Shown here piece by piece: positions 10,029 to 18,492 of a stretch of 64,000 nucleotides of DNA. The notes under the pieces are model-generated. The model was given only the letters and a program-made list of their open reading frames with translations, was not told the origin of the DNA and made no database searches. Numbering within the stretch: position 1 is the stretch's first letter; each line of letters starts with the position of its first letter. The stretch spans positions 65,614 through 129,613 of the forward strand of contig JAQUPI010000001.1 of assembly GCA_028716705.1 (NCBI GenBank). The letters are read 5' to 3'. The position numbers and the translations under genes are program-made. This stretch comes from Candidatus Omnitrophota bacterium. GTDB taxonomy: Bacteria; Omnitrophota; Gorgyraeia; Gygaellales; Profunditerraquicolaceae.

Positions 10029-10363
10029 GATCCATACGCTGGCTGGCAGGCTCGATAACACTGGTTTGCGCCCTGGTTTTTATATTCGGGGTCCTGAAAG
10101 CGGAGATGGCCACAAAATTGATGCTTTACTTGTTGATCTGCTTTTTCCTCTCTTTATACAGGATACTGAAGGGCCCGACGGCGGCAGACAGGTCGGTAGC
10201 AACGGACATACTCGGAATCCTGGTTATCGGCTTTTGCGCTATCCTTGCCGTTTATACCGGTAAAGGCTGGTATATAGATATCGCGATCGCCTGGGCGCTG
10301 CAGAGTTTTATCGGCACCCTGGCTTTGGCAAAGTTCCTGGAAGGAAGGCATTTTGATGAATGA
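10025..10363 (+). CDS. MrpF/MnhF-like subunit
   Basis: 112 aa with ILKGPTAADR (the MnhF GPTxxDR motif). Confidence 0.6.
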   Translation: MRSIRWLAGSITLVCALVFIFGVLKAEMATKLMLYLLICFFLSLYRILKGPTAADRSVATDILGILVIGFCAILAVYTGKGWYIDIAIAWALQSFIGTLALAKFLEGRHFDE

Positions 10364-10682
10364 GACGGCCTCTTTAGTTTTTATTTTGGTAGGCATAAGC
10401 TTCGACCTGTTCGGCTGTATAGGGTTGATCAGGCTCCCTGATGTCTATAACAGGCTGCAGGCTTCCACTAAATGCGTGACCTTAGGGACATGCGGCATAC
10501 TTTTCGGCGTTTTCTTGAGGTTAGGGTTTTCCGCCGGGGGAGTTAAAGCCCTCATCTGCATTGTTTTCGTTTTGCTAACCGCTCCCGTTGCCGCGCACGC
10601 TTTAGCCAAAGGCGCGCACAAGTATGGAGTGAAGCTTTGGGAGAGATCGGTTTGCGATAAATATACCGAGGATAAGAAATAA
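10353..10682 (+). CDS. MrpG/MnhG-like subunit
   Basis: 109 aa with RLPDVYNRLQASTKCVTLGT (the MnhG motif). Confidence 0.65.
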   Translation: MMNETASLVFILVGISFDLFGCIGLIRLPDVYNRLQASTKCVTLGTCGILFGVFLRLGFSAGGVKALICIVFVLLTAPVAAHALAKGAHKYGVKLWERSVCDKYTEDKK

Positions 10683-10684
10683 CT

Positions 10685-11284
10685 ATGAAGTACCCAAAAC
10701 TTAGAGAGTTAAGAGAAGCGATTAGGGCGCTGATAAGAGGGCCCTACACTTCCAAGTTCCCTCACCAGCCGCATAAACCCTTTGAAAGGTTCAGGGGCAG
10801 GTCTGAGTTCCACGAGAAAGACTGCGTGGGATGCAGCGCCTGTTTCAATGTCTGCCCGGCAAGGGCGATCGAAATGAGCGATGTGGGCAGAAAACGCGTC
10901 CTGACCGTCCGTTGGGACCTATGCATATTCTGCGGGCAGTGCCAGGCAAACTGCATAACGGGAAAAGGCATCATGCTTTCCAATGATTTTGAATTATCCA
11001 CGACCGGGCAGAGAAATGAGCTGCGGCAGACCATAGAAAAGGAATTCGCCGTCTGCGATTCCTGCGGCGATAATATCGTGCCTCTTGACCATATATTGTG
11101 GGTAGCCAAAAAGATCGGCCCGCTTTGTTTTAGCAACCCGTCGCTTATAGTGTTTTATTTAAGGACAATGGACCTTTCCGCGAAAGAGAAATTCCCGCCA
11201 AAAGAAGAATTTGAATTTAACCGTCCCGACCGTATAAAGATTCTCTGCCCGAGATGCAGGCGAGAAGCTGTGATCAAATCCTAA
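10685..11284 (+). CDS. NuoI/MbhN-like ferredoxin subunit (2x[4Fe-4S]) with extra Cys-rich C-terminal tail
   Basis: CVGCSACFNVCP and CIFCGQCQANC cluster motifs. The C-terminus adds CDSC…CPRC (a possible zinc-ribbon). Confidence 0.75.
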   Translation: MKYPKLRELREAIRALIRGPYTSKFPHQPHKPFERFRGRSEFHEKDCVGCSACFNVCPARAIEMSDVGRKRVLTVRWDLCIFCGQCQANCITGKGIMLSNDFELSTTGQRNELRQTIEKEFAVCDSCGDNIVPLDHILWVAKKIGPLCFSNPSLIVFYLRTMDLSAKEKFPPKEEFEFNRPDRIKILCPRCRREAVIKS

Positions 11285-11305
11285 CTTAAAAGCAGGCACT
11301 AGAAG

Positions 11306-12508
11306 ATGTTTTCTTCGCTAAAGGTAAAAACGTTCAGGTTCTATTGGCTGGGCATGTTTATTTCTCTTGTCGGCACCTGGGTGCAGTCCGTTGCCCAGAG
11401 CTGGCTGATGTTTGAATTGACTCAATCGGCGTTTTTGCTCGGCCTAGTCGTGTTTTTGAGTTCCATACCCATCTTCGCGCTTTCTCTTTTCGGGGGCGTA
11501 CTTGCCGACAGGATGAATAAAAAGAAGATCCTTTTGATAACGCAGAATATCTTTATGTTTCTGGCTTTTCTTTTAGCGATATTAACGCAGGCAAAATTGA
11601 TCACCCCGGAGCATATAATGATAATCGCCCTGGCCAACGGGATAGTAATGGCTTTCGATGCCCCTGCCCGCCAGTCAATGGTGGCGGAATTGGTGGGAAG
11701 GCAGTACCTTTTGAATGCCATAGCCCTTAATTCCGCGGCGTTTAATTCGGCGCGGATCATCGGCCCCGCCCTGGCGGGGATATTAATAGCGGCCATAGGC
11801 ATGAGCGGATGCTTTTACATAAACGGGGTAAGTTTTCTGGCTGTAATTATAGCGCTTTTAGTAATTAACCTTAATAACAAGAATAACAGGAAAAAAGCGC
11901 CGGAGAATTTTTTTATAAAAGACCTGAGTGAAGGGCTGAAATTCATAAAGGATAACCGTACCATACTCCTCTTGATCCTGATGGTAGGGGTGATCAGTTT
12001 ATTCGGGATCTCTTACGTTATACTTATGCCGGTTTTTGCCAATGAGGTTTTGGGCGCGGGAGTCAAGGGCCTGGCTTCGCTTATGTCTTCCGCCGGAGCT
12101 GGAGCTTTAGCGGGGGCGCTCATACTGGCGCGGCTGGGAGATTTTAAACATAAAGGAAAGCTTCTGGTCGTGTCTTCATTAGTGTTTTCTGTTTCTTTGA
12201 TGCTGTTTTCCCTCTCAAAAGTTTATCTGTTCTCCGTAATTATGCTGATTTTCATAGGCTGGGCTTCTATTACCGCTACGGGCCTGATAAATACTCTACT
12301 GCAGACGCTGGCCCCTGATGAACTCAGAGGCAGGGCAATGAGCGCGTTCATGCTTACCTTCGCCGGGTTTATGCCTTTCGGGAACCTTCTCGCAGGGGCG
12401 CTGGCCCATACCTTTGGGGTGTCAGTCGCGGTTTTTTTCGGAGGGGCAGCTTGCCTGATTTTCTTTACAGCGTTGAATTTGCTCTATCCTTCTATTAAGG
12501 ATATATAA
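11306..12508 (+). CDS. MFS transporter
   Basis: 400 aa, 12-TM-like hydropathy and an MFS-type N-terminal half. Confidence 0.7.
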   Translation: MFSSLKVKTFRFYWLGMFISLVGTWVQSVAQSWLMFELTQSAFLLGLVVFLSSIPIFALSLFGGVLADRMNKKKILLITQNIFMFLAFLLAILTQAKLITPEHIMIIALANGIVMAFDAPARQSMVAELVGRQYLLNAIALNSAAFNSARIIGPALAGILIAAIGMSGCFYINGVSFLAVIIALLVINLNNKNNRKKAPENFFIKDLSEGLKFIKDNRTILLLILMVGVISLFGISYVILMPVFANEVLGAGVKGLASLMSSAGAGALAGALILARLGDFKHKGKLLVVSSLVFSVSLMLFSLSKVYLFSVIMLIFIGWASITATGLINTLLQTLAPDELRGRAMSAFMLTFAGFMPFGNLLAGALAHTFGVSVAVFFGGAACLIFFTALNLLYPSIKDI

Positions 12509-12600
12509 GATATAAATTTATTGCTTTTTCGCAAAAAATAGTTAATATAGATATTCATTGGACGAACTAAATGCTCATGATAAAGGAGGTGAGTGATAGC

Positions 12601-13047
12601 ATGAAGAAATTTATTTTTACAGCTTGCGTGTTAGCTTTGGCCGTAACGCTTTTTGGCTGCGGCAGGAAACAGCAGCCTATATCAGAGACGCAGGAACCGA
12701 TCTCGATAGAGGATCTAAGTAAACTTGATACTTCTGTTCCGGCTTCTGAAATGTCAAGCACGGCTCCGGTGATAACGGTGACTCCTTCTGGAGCTCCGGA
12801 CGCGAAACTGGAGCAGTTACCTCCATCAGGCCCTTATAAGCCTTCAGCGTTGGAAATTCAGACCGCTTTGAAGAACGCGGGTTACTATGAGGGCTCAGTT
12901 GACGGAAAAATCGGGCCCCAAACCAAAAAAGCTGTTGAGGACTTTCAAAAAGCCAACGGTTTGAAGGTAGATGGTAAGGTCGGGCCCATGACCTGGTCCG
13001 CGCTGGGTAAATATCTCACTCCAAAAGAACCGCTTAAGAAAAGATAA
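12601..13047 (+). CDS. Lipoprotein with C-terminal peptidoglycan-binding (PG_binding_1-like) domain
   Basis: RBS AAGGAGG precedes ATG at 12601. Lipobox LFGC. C-terminal …ALKNAGYYEGSVDGKIGPQTKKAVEDFQKANGLKVDGKVGPMTW… is a typical PG-binding repeat. Confidence 0.6.
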   Translation: MKKFIFTACVLALAVTLFGCGRKQQPISETQEPISIEDLSKLDTSVPASEMSSTAPVITVTPSGAPDAKLEQLPPSGPYKPSALEIQTALKNAGYYEGSVDGKIGPQTKKAVEDFQKANGLKVDGKVGPMTWSALGKYLTPKEPLKKR

Positions 13048-13064
13048 TAGTTTAAAAAGGCATT

Positions 13065-13520
13065 ATGCGGCTTTCAGGGCACGTCATATGTACGCTGACC
13101 GTAAGCGGTTTGGTTTATTTTTTTCTTAAGTCCGCGGCGGCTTTTTTTGTATCGTTGGCCGCCGGGATCTTTATAGATATAGACCATGTCTTCGACTATT
13201 ACGTTCAACGCGGAATAACGCTGAATCCCGCGGATATATACTCCTGGTGCAACGATATAAAATATGATCTTATAATCCTGCTTTTTCATTCCCTGGAACT
13301 ATTGTTCTTATTGTGGGCCGCGGTTTTTCTTTTTGACCTGGGAATAATCTGGTTCTCGCTGGCGATCGGCCTGACTCAACACATGGCCCTTGATGTATTA
13401 TCTAACCGCAAAAAGATCGGCGTAACCGGTTATTTTCTTTTATTCAGGATGGCCAAAGGCTTTAAGAAAGAAGGCATAATGCGCGATAGCGCCCTCCTTG
13501 AAAACGGCAGGTTTTCATAG
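13065..13520 (+). CDS. Small membrane protein, possibly YdjM-type membrane-bound metal-dependent hydrolase
   Basis: 151 aa, 3-4 TM, N-terminal …SGHV… and conserved His/Asp. The assignment is weak. Confidence 0.35.
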   Translation: MRLSGHVICTLTVSGLVYFFLKSAAAFFVSLAAGIFIDIDHVFDYYVQRGITLNPADIYSWCNDIKYDLIILLFHSLELLFLLWAAVFLFDLGIIWFSLAIGLTQHMALDVLSNRKKIGVTGYFLLFRMAKGFKKEGIMRDSALLENGRFS

Positions 13521-13532
13521 TATACTTAAAAT

Positions 13533-13676
13533 GCCGATAAAGGTAAACCCGCCGAAAGGCGGGGACGCAAAGCCACAGGCCTAAATTGGCGGAGTTTTAA
13601 TAGATTGAAGCCGACATGGCAGCTGGGTTGCCGAAATGAGTAAAGAGGTGATGCTTTTAAGAGCACCTTTATCGGC
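13533..13676 (+). promoter_or_regulatory. Class I c-di-GMP riboswitch (GEMM) aptamer with 12-bp closing helix
   Basis: The core AAAGGUAAACC-CGCC-GAAA-GGCG-GGGACGCAAAGCC-ACAGGCCUAAA … GCUGGGUUGCCGAAA matches the Vc2 / GEMM-I consensus (GGCAAACC…GAAA…GGGACGCAAAGCC…GGCCUAAA…GGGUUACCGA). The outer helix gccgataaaggt (13533-44) pairs with acctttatcggc (13665-76). Confidence 0.75.
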
Positions 13677-13684
13677 TGATTTCA

Positions 13685-13713
13685 AAATCCCAACTTTTTT
13701 GTTGGGATTTTTT
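13685..13713 (+). terminator. Intrinsic terminator (likely riboswitch expression platform)
   Basis: aaatcccaac-tttttt-gttgggattt followed by a T-run, 27 nt upstream of the GTG start at 13740. Confidence 0.7.
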
Positions 13714-13739
13714 ATTTTAAGGTGTTATAATAAAAAACA

Positions 13740-15713
13740 GTGGACCCGATAACCAAAGAAAACATACTTCAGGAGATCCCCTTATTCACCGGCCTTGTTG
13801 CCGGCCAGCGCCTCATTATCTCCCAGCGCAGTTCCCTCAAAGAGTATAAAAAAGGGCAGATCATTTACCAGGAAGGCTCAGCCGGAGAGGCGTTTTATAT
13901 CGTGGTTCTGGGCAGGGTTATAATCTATACGCAGGATGCCCGGGGTAACGAGTCGCCGCTGGAATATCTGCACAGGGGTAAATATTTCGGTATCATTTCA
14001 CTGCTTACCGGGGATTCGCATTCGGTAAGCGCGAAAGCCGTAAATGACTGCCTGTTATTGATCATCAACAGGGAAGATTTTGATTTTATCCTTAAGGAGA
14101 TCCCTGGCTTAGCCATTGACTTAAGCCGGACTTTGTCCCGTCGGTTAAAACGCAAGGATATCCATCAAAAGATTATCTTCGAAAGCGCGGCTATTTCTAT
14201 ATTCAGTTCATATTCAAGGGCAGGCAAGACGGTTTACGCCCTGAATTTGGCTTTAAGCCTGGCAAAAGAGACGCGTAAATCAGTGATCATCTTGGATATC
14301 CTTCCCCAGGGTAAAACCTACAGCCTCCCCCGCCGTCTGGGTATCGCCGGAGTTTACCCGGTTTTTGAGCTTTCCGTTTTAGAAAGGGTTAACCCTCAAG
14401 GCATAGGTGAATTCCTGCTTAAGGACAATTTCGGCATAGATATGGCCGCCCTTTCATATAATCCCGGGGATAAATTGACGCTCAGAAGGCTAACCGACCT
14501 GTTAAGTTTACTGGTTAACGATTACCATTATATAATCCTCGACCTGCCCAGCGACATGGATAGGAATATCCTGGAGATGCTTAACCAATCGGACCTGATC
14601 CATGTTTTGACCAGCCCCGAAGAAATAGACCTTAAAAGGACGGCTAATTTGATCGCCAGGCTCAAGGCGGATTTTAACTTTCATGAAGATAAAATAAAGG
14701 TGATCATTAATGAATATAAAGAATCAAAACTCCGGCATAAACAACAAACAGACCTGTTGAACCAGCCCATTTTCGCCACCCTCCCGAAGATAGGTTTCAG
14801 CTCTTCGGATAAGATGGTATTGGACGAACCTGAATGCGAATACGCGAGGGCGGTAAGAAGGATGGCCCGAAAACTAAGCGATTCCCAGGTGGGATTGGCC
14901 TTGGGCGTGGGCGTTGCTTACGGTTTTTGCCACATAGGCGTCCTGAAGGTAATAGAAGAAGAGAAGATCCCCATTGATGTGATCTCCGGCTCTAGTGTGG
15001 GAGCGCTTATCGCCAGCCTATGGGTCACAGGCAAGTCAAGCGCGGAGATACTTGAGATCACCAGGGAATTCAAAGGGCCAAAAAACATATGGGGGATCAT
15101 AGACCTGACATTTCCGATCCTGGGTTTTATTAAAGGCAATAAGCTTTACAGGATCCTGAAAAAGCATTTAGGCGCGAAGACGTTTTATGACGTAAAGCTG
15201 CCGCTTAAGATCGTAGCCAGCGACGTAAAGAGAAAAGAGCCGATAGTTTTCGAGAGCGGCCTGCTTGTGGACGCGATAATGGCCAGCTGCTCGATGCCGG
15301 GAGTATTCGCGCCTTTCCGGCTTAAACAGGGCTTTCTCTTTGACGGCGGAGTGATCAACCCCCTGCCCACTGAGCCTTTATTTGCGATGGGAGTAAAAAA
15401 GATCATCGCCGTAAACGTCACTCCTTCCAGGGAGGACGTGCTTAAGCAATATGAAAAAATAAAAGGCGCGGAGCCTACCGGGAAGCCTCAAAATAAGCTC
15501 AAAACTAATATACTCGATATTATCTTCAGCAGTATTGAAATATTGCAGTCCGAAGTAGCCGGAAAAGAAGCGCAACTGGCCGATGTCGTTTTGCATCCGG
15601 ACACATCCGGGCTTTATTGGCTGGAGCTTCACCGGGCAAAGGAATTCGCCGAAAGAGGGGAAGAAGAGGCGCGCAGGAACCTGAACAGGATATGGCAGGT
15701 GATCAACGAATAA
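13740..15713 (+). CDS. Three-domain protein: N-terminal cyclic-nucleotide-binding domain, central degenerate ParA/MinD/CpaE-like P-loop domain, C-terminal patatin-like phospholipase
   Basis: GTG start. Residues ~10-130 form a CAP_ED-like beta-roll (…GQIIYQEGSAGEAFYIVVLGRV…). Residues ~150-370 carry a deviant Walker A (SSYSRAGKT) and a hhhhD Walker B (YIILDLPSD). The C-terminal patatin domain has GVGVAYGFCHIGVLK (oxyanion), GSSVG (GxSxG) and DGGVINPLP (catalytic Asp). Confidence 0.75.
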   Translation: MDPITKENILQEIPLFTGLVAGQRLIISQRSSLKEYKKGQIIYQEGSAGEAFYIVVLGRVIIYTQDARGNESPLEYLHRGKYFGIISLLTGDSHSVSAKAVNDCLLLIINREDFDFILKEIPGLAIDLSRTLSRRLKRKDIHQKIIFESAAISIFSSYSRAGKTVYALNLALSLAKETRKSVIILDILPQGKTYSLPRRLGIAGVYPVFELSVLERVNPQGIGEFLLKDNFGIDMAALSYNPGDKLTLRRLTDLLSLLVNDYHYIILDLPSDMDRNILEMLNQSDLIHVLTSPEEIDLKRTANLIARLKADFNFHEDKIKVIINEYKESKLRHKQQTDLLNQPIFATLPKIGFSSSDKMVLDEPECEYARAVRRMARKLSDSQVGLALGVGVAYGFCHIGVLKVIEEEKIPIDVISGSSVGALIASLWVTGKSSAEILEITREFKGPKNIWGIIDLTFPILGFIKGNKLYRILKKHLGAKTFYDVKLPLKIVASDVKRKEPIVFESGLLVDAIMASCSMPGVFAPFRLKQGFLFDGGVINPLPTEPLFAMGVKKIIAVNVTPSREDVLKQYEKIKGAEPTGKPQNKLKTNILDIIFSSIEILQSEVAGKEAQLADVVLHPDTSGLYWLELHRAKEFAERGEEEARRNLNRIWQVINE

Positions 15714-15726
15714 ATAGGGAGGCCTA

Positions 15727-16209
15727 ATGATGTTCAAAGCTCGATCTTTGAAGCTCAGGGAAGTCCTGATCATATGTTTTTTAATTTCTAATCTCACCGG
15801 CTGCGCGACCATAATAGAATCCTGCAAGGGTTTGGCCGGAGTTTCCACGCGCTCGGTAGAGGACGCGCGGAAAAACGCGATAAAAAAGGCTTATAATTAT
15901 GATTATTCTTCCTGCGTTTCCCAGGTAAGGGACATACTTAAGGGGATAAGATCGTACATTTACGCCGATAATGGAAGGAAACAAATGATCGCCGTATATT
16001 TATCCGAGGAGGATACTACCCCGGTTGGAATATTTTTTAAAGAAATAGACCCGAAGAGCACGCAGGTAGAGGTTTCTTCTCCGAGCACTTACGCCAAAGA
16101 GTTTATTTCTGGGAAGATATCCGATGTTTTGGAGAAAAAGATCACCCTTGAAGAATTGGAGGCCGAAATAAATGCGAAAAGAAAAGAAGACGATAGCGAA
16201 ACTGATTAA
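15727..16209 (+). CDS. Lipoprotein of unknown function
   Basis: RBS GGAGG, signal peptide with lipobox LTGC, 160 aa. No recognised domain. Confidence 0.5.
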   Translation: MMFKARSLKLREVLIICFLISNLTGCATIIESCKGLAGVSTRSVEDARKNAIKKAYNYDYSSCVSQVRDILKGIRSYIYADNGRKQMIAVYLSEEDTTPVGIFFKEIDPKSTQVEVSSPSTYAKEFISGKISDVLEKKITLEELEAEINAKRKEDDSETD

Positions 16210-16480
16210 CGAATGCCACGGCATCGCTAAAGAAAAAGGCTGGTGGGAGAGCGAACGTAATGATGGAGAGCTCATCGCGCTTATGCACTCTGAATTGTCC
16301 GAAGCCCTTGAGGCGATGCGCAGCCACGGGACAAAAGATAATATCGCCGAAGAATTAGCGGACTGCTGTATCCGCATCTTCGATTATTGCGGGGCCAGGG
16401 GAATCGACCTGGAAAAAATGCTGGTTAAGAAGATCGAATATAATAAGACCCGTCCTTACCGGCACGGGAAGAAGTTTTAA
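16172..16480 (+). CDS. Small MazG-like nucleotide pyrophosphohydrolase (all-alpha NTP-PPase)
   Basis: 102 aa. …GWWE…HSELSEALEA… and …EELADCCIRIFDYC… fit the MazG EExxE / EExxD metal-binding helices. 5' end overlaps the upstream lipoprotein gene by 38 nt. Confidence 0.6.
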   Translation: MRKEKKTIAKLINECHGIAKEKGWWESERNDGELIALMHSELSEALEAMRSHGTKDNIAEELADCCIRIFDYCGARGIDLEKMLVKKIEYNKTRPYRHGKKF

Positions 16481-16546
16481 TGAGCACGCAACTTATGGAA
16501 CGAGTGTTTAGTTAACGGGATAAAGAAGTTCAACATAGGAGGAAAA

Positions 16547-16780
16547 ATGCCGTACGACAGCAACTTGGATGAGCAATTATTCAATAAGGCCTGGGAAGAT
16601 GAAGGTGGCAAGATCATTGTCAGTGTACATTCATATAATAAGGGCCAGAAAAAACTGCAGATCGCCAGGGAGATCAAAGATAAGATGGGTAACGCCGCTT
16701 TTGCCAAACTGGGCAGGCTTTCAAAAACCGAGATCAAGGGGATCTTGCCTTTGATCCAGGAAGCGCTGGAGGTAATGTAA
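16547..16780 (+). CDS. PC4/YdbC-like small ssDNA-binding protein (tentative)
   Basis: Strong RBS AGGAGG. 77 aa. …SVHSYNKGQKKLQIAREIKDKMG… resembles the YdbC/PC4 WNGRPPKLDIREW core. Confidence 0.45.
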   Translation: MPYDSNLDEQLFNKAWEDEGGKIIVSVHSYNKGQKKLQIAREIKDKMGNAAFAKLGRLSKTEIKGILPLIQEALEVM

Positions 16781-16820
16781 CCGGCAAATTGCCTTGCAAA
16801 AGGATTTAAAGGCGATATAA

Positions 16821-18395
16821 TTGGGAAAGATGGGATCAAAAAGAAGGGATAACTGGGGTTCTCGCTTGGGCGTGATCATGGCAGTGGCCGGGTCAGCCAT
16901 AGGCTTAGGGAATTTCCTGAGATTTCCCGCTAAAGCCGCATCCAACGGCGGGGGCGCCTTCATGATCCCATATTTTATTTCCCTGTTATTGTTGGGTATC
17001 CCGCTTATGTGGATAGAATGGACGCTGGGCCGTTACGGCGGAGGTTTTGAGCATGGCACGGCGCCGGGCATATTCCATAGTGTCTGGCAGAAGAACCGTT
17101 TCATCAAATATTTCGGCGTAATCGGGATATTCGGACCCCTCGTCATATTCATATATTACACTTATATCGAATCCTGGACCCTGGCTTACAGCGTCTTTTC
17201 CCTGGCCGGTAAATACGTAAATTTGGCGGACCAGGCCTCGATGCAGGGGTTCTTGAGAGGATTCCAGGGGCTAGAGCATAACCAGTATTTTAACGGTATC
17301 GGGCCGGCTTATTTATTTTTTCTGCTTACTTTTGCCGTAAATACTTGCGTGATATATTACGGGATAAAAGGCGGAATAGAGCGGCTTTGCAAATGGGCAA
17401 TGCCGCTTTTATTTATTTTCGGATTGCTCTTGTTATTCAGGGTTTTTACCCTGGGTACGCCGGATTCGGCAAGGCCTGAATGGAATATCTTGAACGGTTT
17501 TGGGTTCCTTTGGAACCCCGATTTTTCCGCGTTAAAGTCAGCGAAGGTCTGGCTTGAGGCGGCGGGGCAGATATTCTTTACCTTAAGCGTGGGCATAGGG
17601 GTAATACTTACTTACGCGAGTTATTTGTCCAAAGGAGACGACGTAGTCCTTTCGGGATTGACCGCTTCCAGCACGAATGAAATGACCGAGGTTATTTTAG
17701 GCGGAAGTATCATTATTCCCGCGGCCTTTGTTTTCTTCGGCCCTGTGGACATCCAATCCATCGCGCGTTCCGGGGTATTCAACCTGGGGTTTGTGACCAT
17801 GCCCTTGGTTTTGAATAAATTGCCATTGGCGCAGATCCTGGGATTTATCTGGTTTTTTCTTTTGTTCCTGGCGGGTATAACCTCTTCTGTTTCCCTTGCC
17901 CAGCCTGCGGTCGCGTTTTTGGAGGACGAGTTTGACATAAATAGAAAGAAAGCGGTCATTATTTTCGGCGCCGTTTGTTTTTTGCTCTGCCAGCCGGCGA
18001 TCTTCTTTTTAGGCAACGGCGTCGTGGATGAATTGGATTTCTGGGGAGGGACTTTCTTTTTAGTTTTATTCGCTACGATCGAAACCATACTCTTCGCCTG
18101 GGTCTTCGGCATGGAAAAGGCTTGGGATGAGATCCATCGCGGCGCGGACATGCGCGTGCCGCGGATTTATAAGTTTATTATCAAGTACATTACGCCTTTA
18201 TTCTTGCTCTTTATTTTAGGTATGTGGTTGTGGCAGGAGTGGCTGCCGATCATTTTCATGAAAAACGTGTCTCCCCAAAGTAAGCCTTTTATTCTAGGCA
18301 CCAGGTTAGGCCTGCTGTTCATCTTTGTCACGTTGGGAGTATTGGTAAAGATCGCGTGGGGAAGAAAAAGGGCGCAATTAGAGAGGGCTAGATGA
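16821..18395 (+). CDS. Sodium-dependent transporter, NSS (SNF) family
   Basis: …NWGSRLGVIMAVAGSAIGLGNFLRFP… is the NSS N-terminal signature. About 12 TM. Confidence 0.8.
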   Translation: MGKMGSKRRDNWGSRLGVIMAVAGSAIGLGNFLRFPAKAASNGGGAFMIPYFISLLLLGIPLMWIEWTLGRYGGGFEHGTAPGIFHSVWQKNRFIKYFGVIGIFGPLVIFIYYTYIESWTLAYSVFSLAGKYVNLADQASMQGFLRGFQGLEHNQYFNGIGPAYLFFLLTFAVNTCVIYYGIKGGIERLCKWAMPLLFIFGLLLLFRVFTLGTPDSARPEWNILNGFGFLWNPDFSALKSAKVWLEAAGQIFFTLSVGIGVILTYASYLSKGDDVVLSGLTASSTNEMTEVILGGSIIIPAAFVFFGPVDIQSIARSGVFNLGFVTMPLVLNKLPLAQILGFIWFFLLFLAGITSSVSLAQPAVAFLEDEFDINRKKAVIIFGAVCFLLCQPAIFFLGNGVVDELDFWGGTFFLVLFATIETILFAWVFGMEKAWDEIHRGADMRVPRIYKFIIKYITPLFLLFILGMWLWQEWLPIIFMKNVSPQSKPFILGTRLGLLFIFVTLGVLVKIAWGRKRAQLERAR

Positions 18396-18492
18396 CCCCC
18401 GGTGGATGGACCTTTCTGTTAATATCATGGGGATTGATTTTGGGGTTGGCCGGTTTTTGTTTCTTCAGGGTTTTCTCAAAAAAGGAATTAAA

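Noticed and set aside
13533-13713. Stand-alone sRNA such as 6S or SRP RNA between the YdjM-like gene and the lipase gene
   Set aside because: The conserved nucleotides match the GEMM-I aptamer far better than 6S or SRP. The element is positioned as a 5' leader with a terminator immediately before the next gene's start.
18406-18492. N-terminal extension of the lipoprotein ORF (start at 18406)
   Set aside because: The extension has no RBS and no signal-peptide logic. The MKKIIL start at 18493 yields a clean lipoprotein signal.
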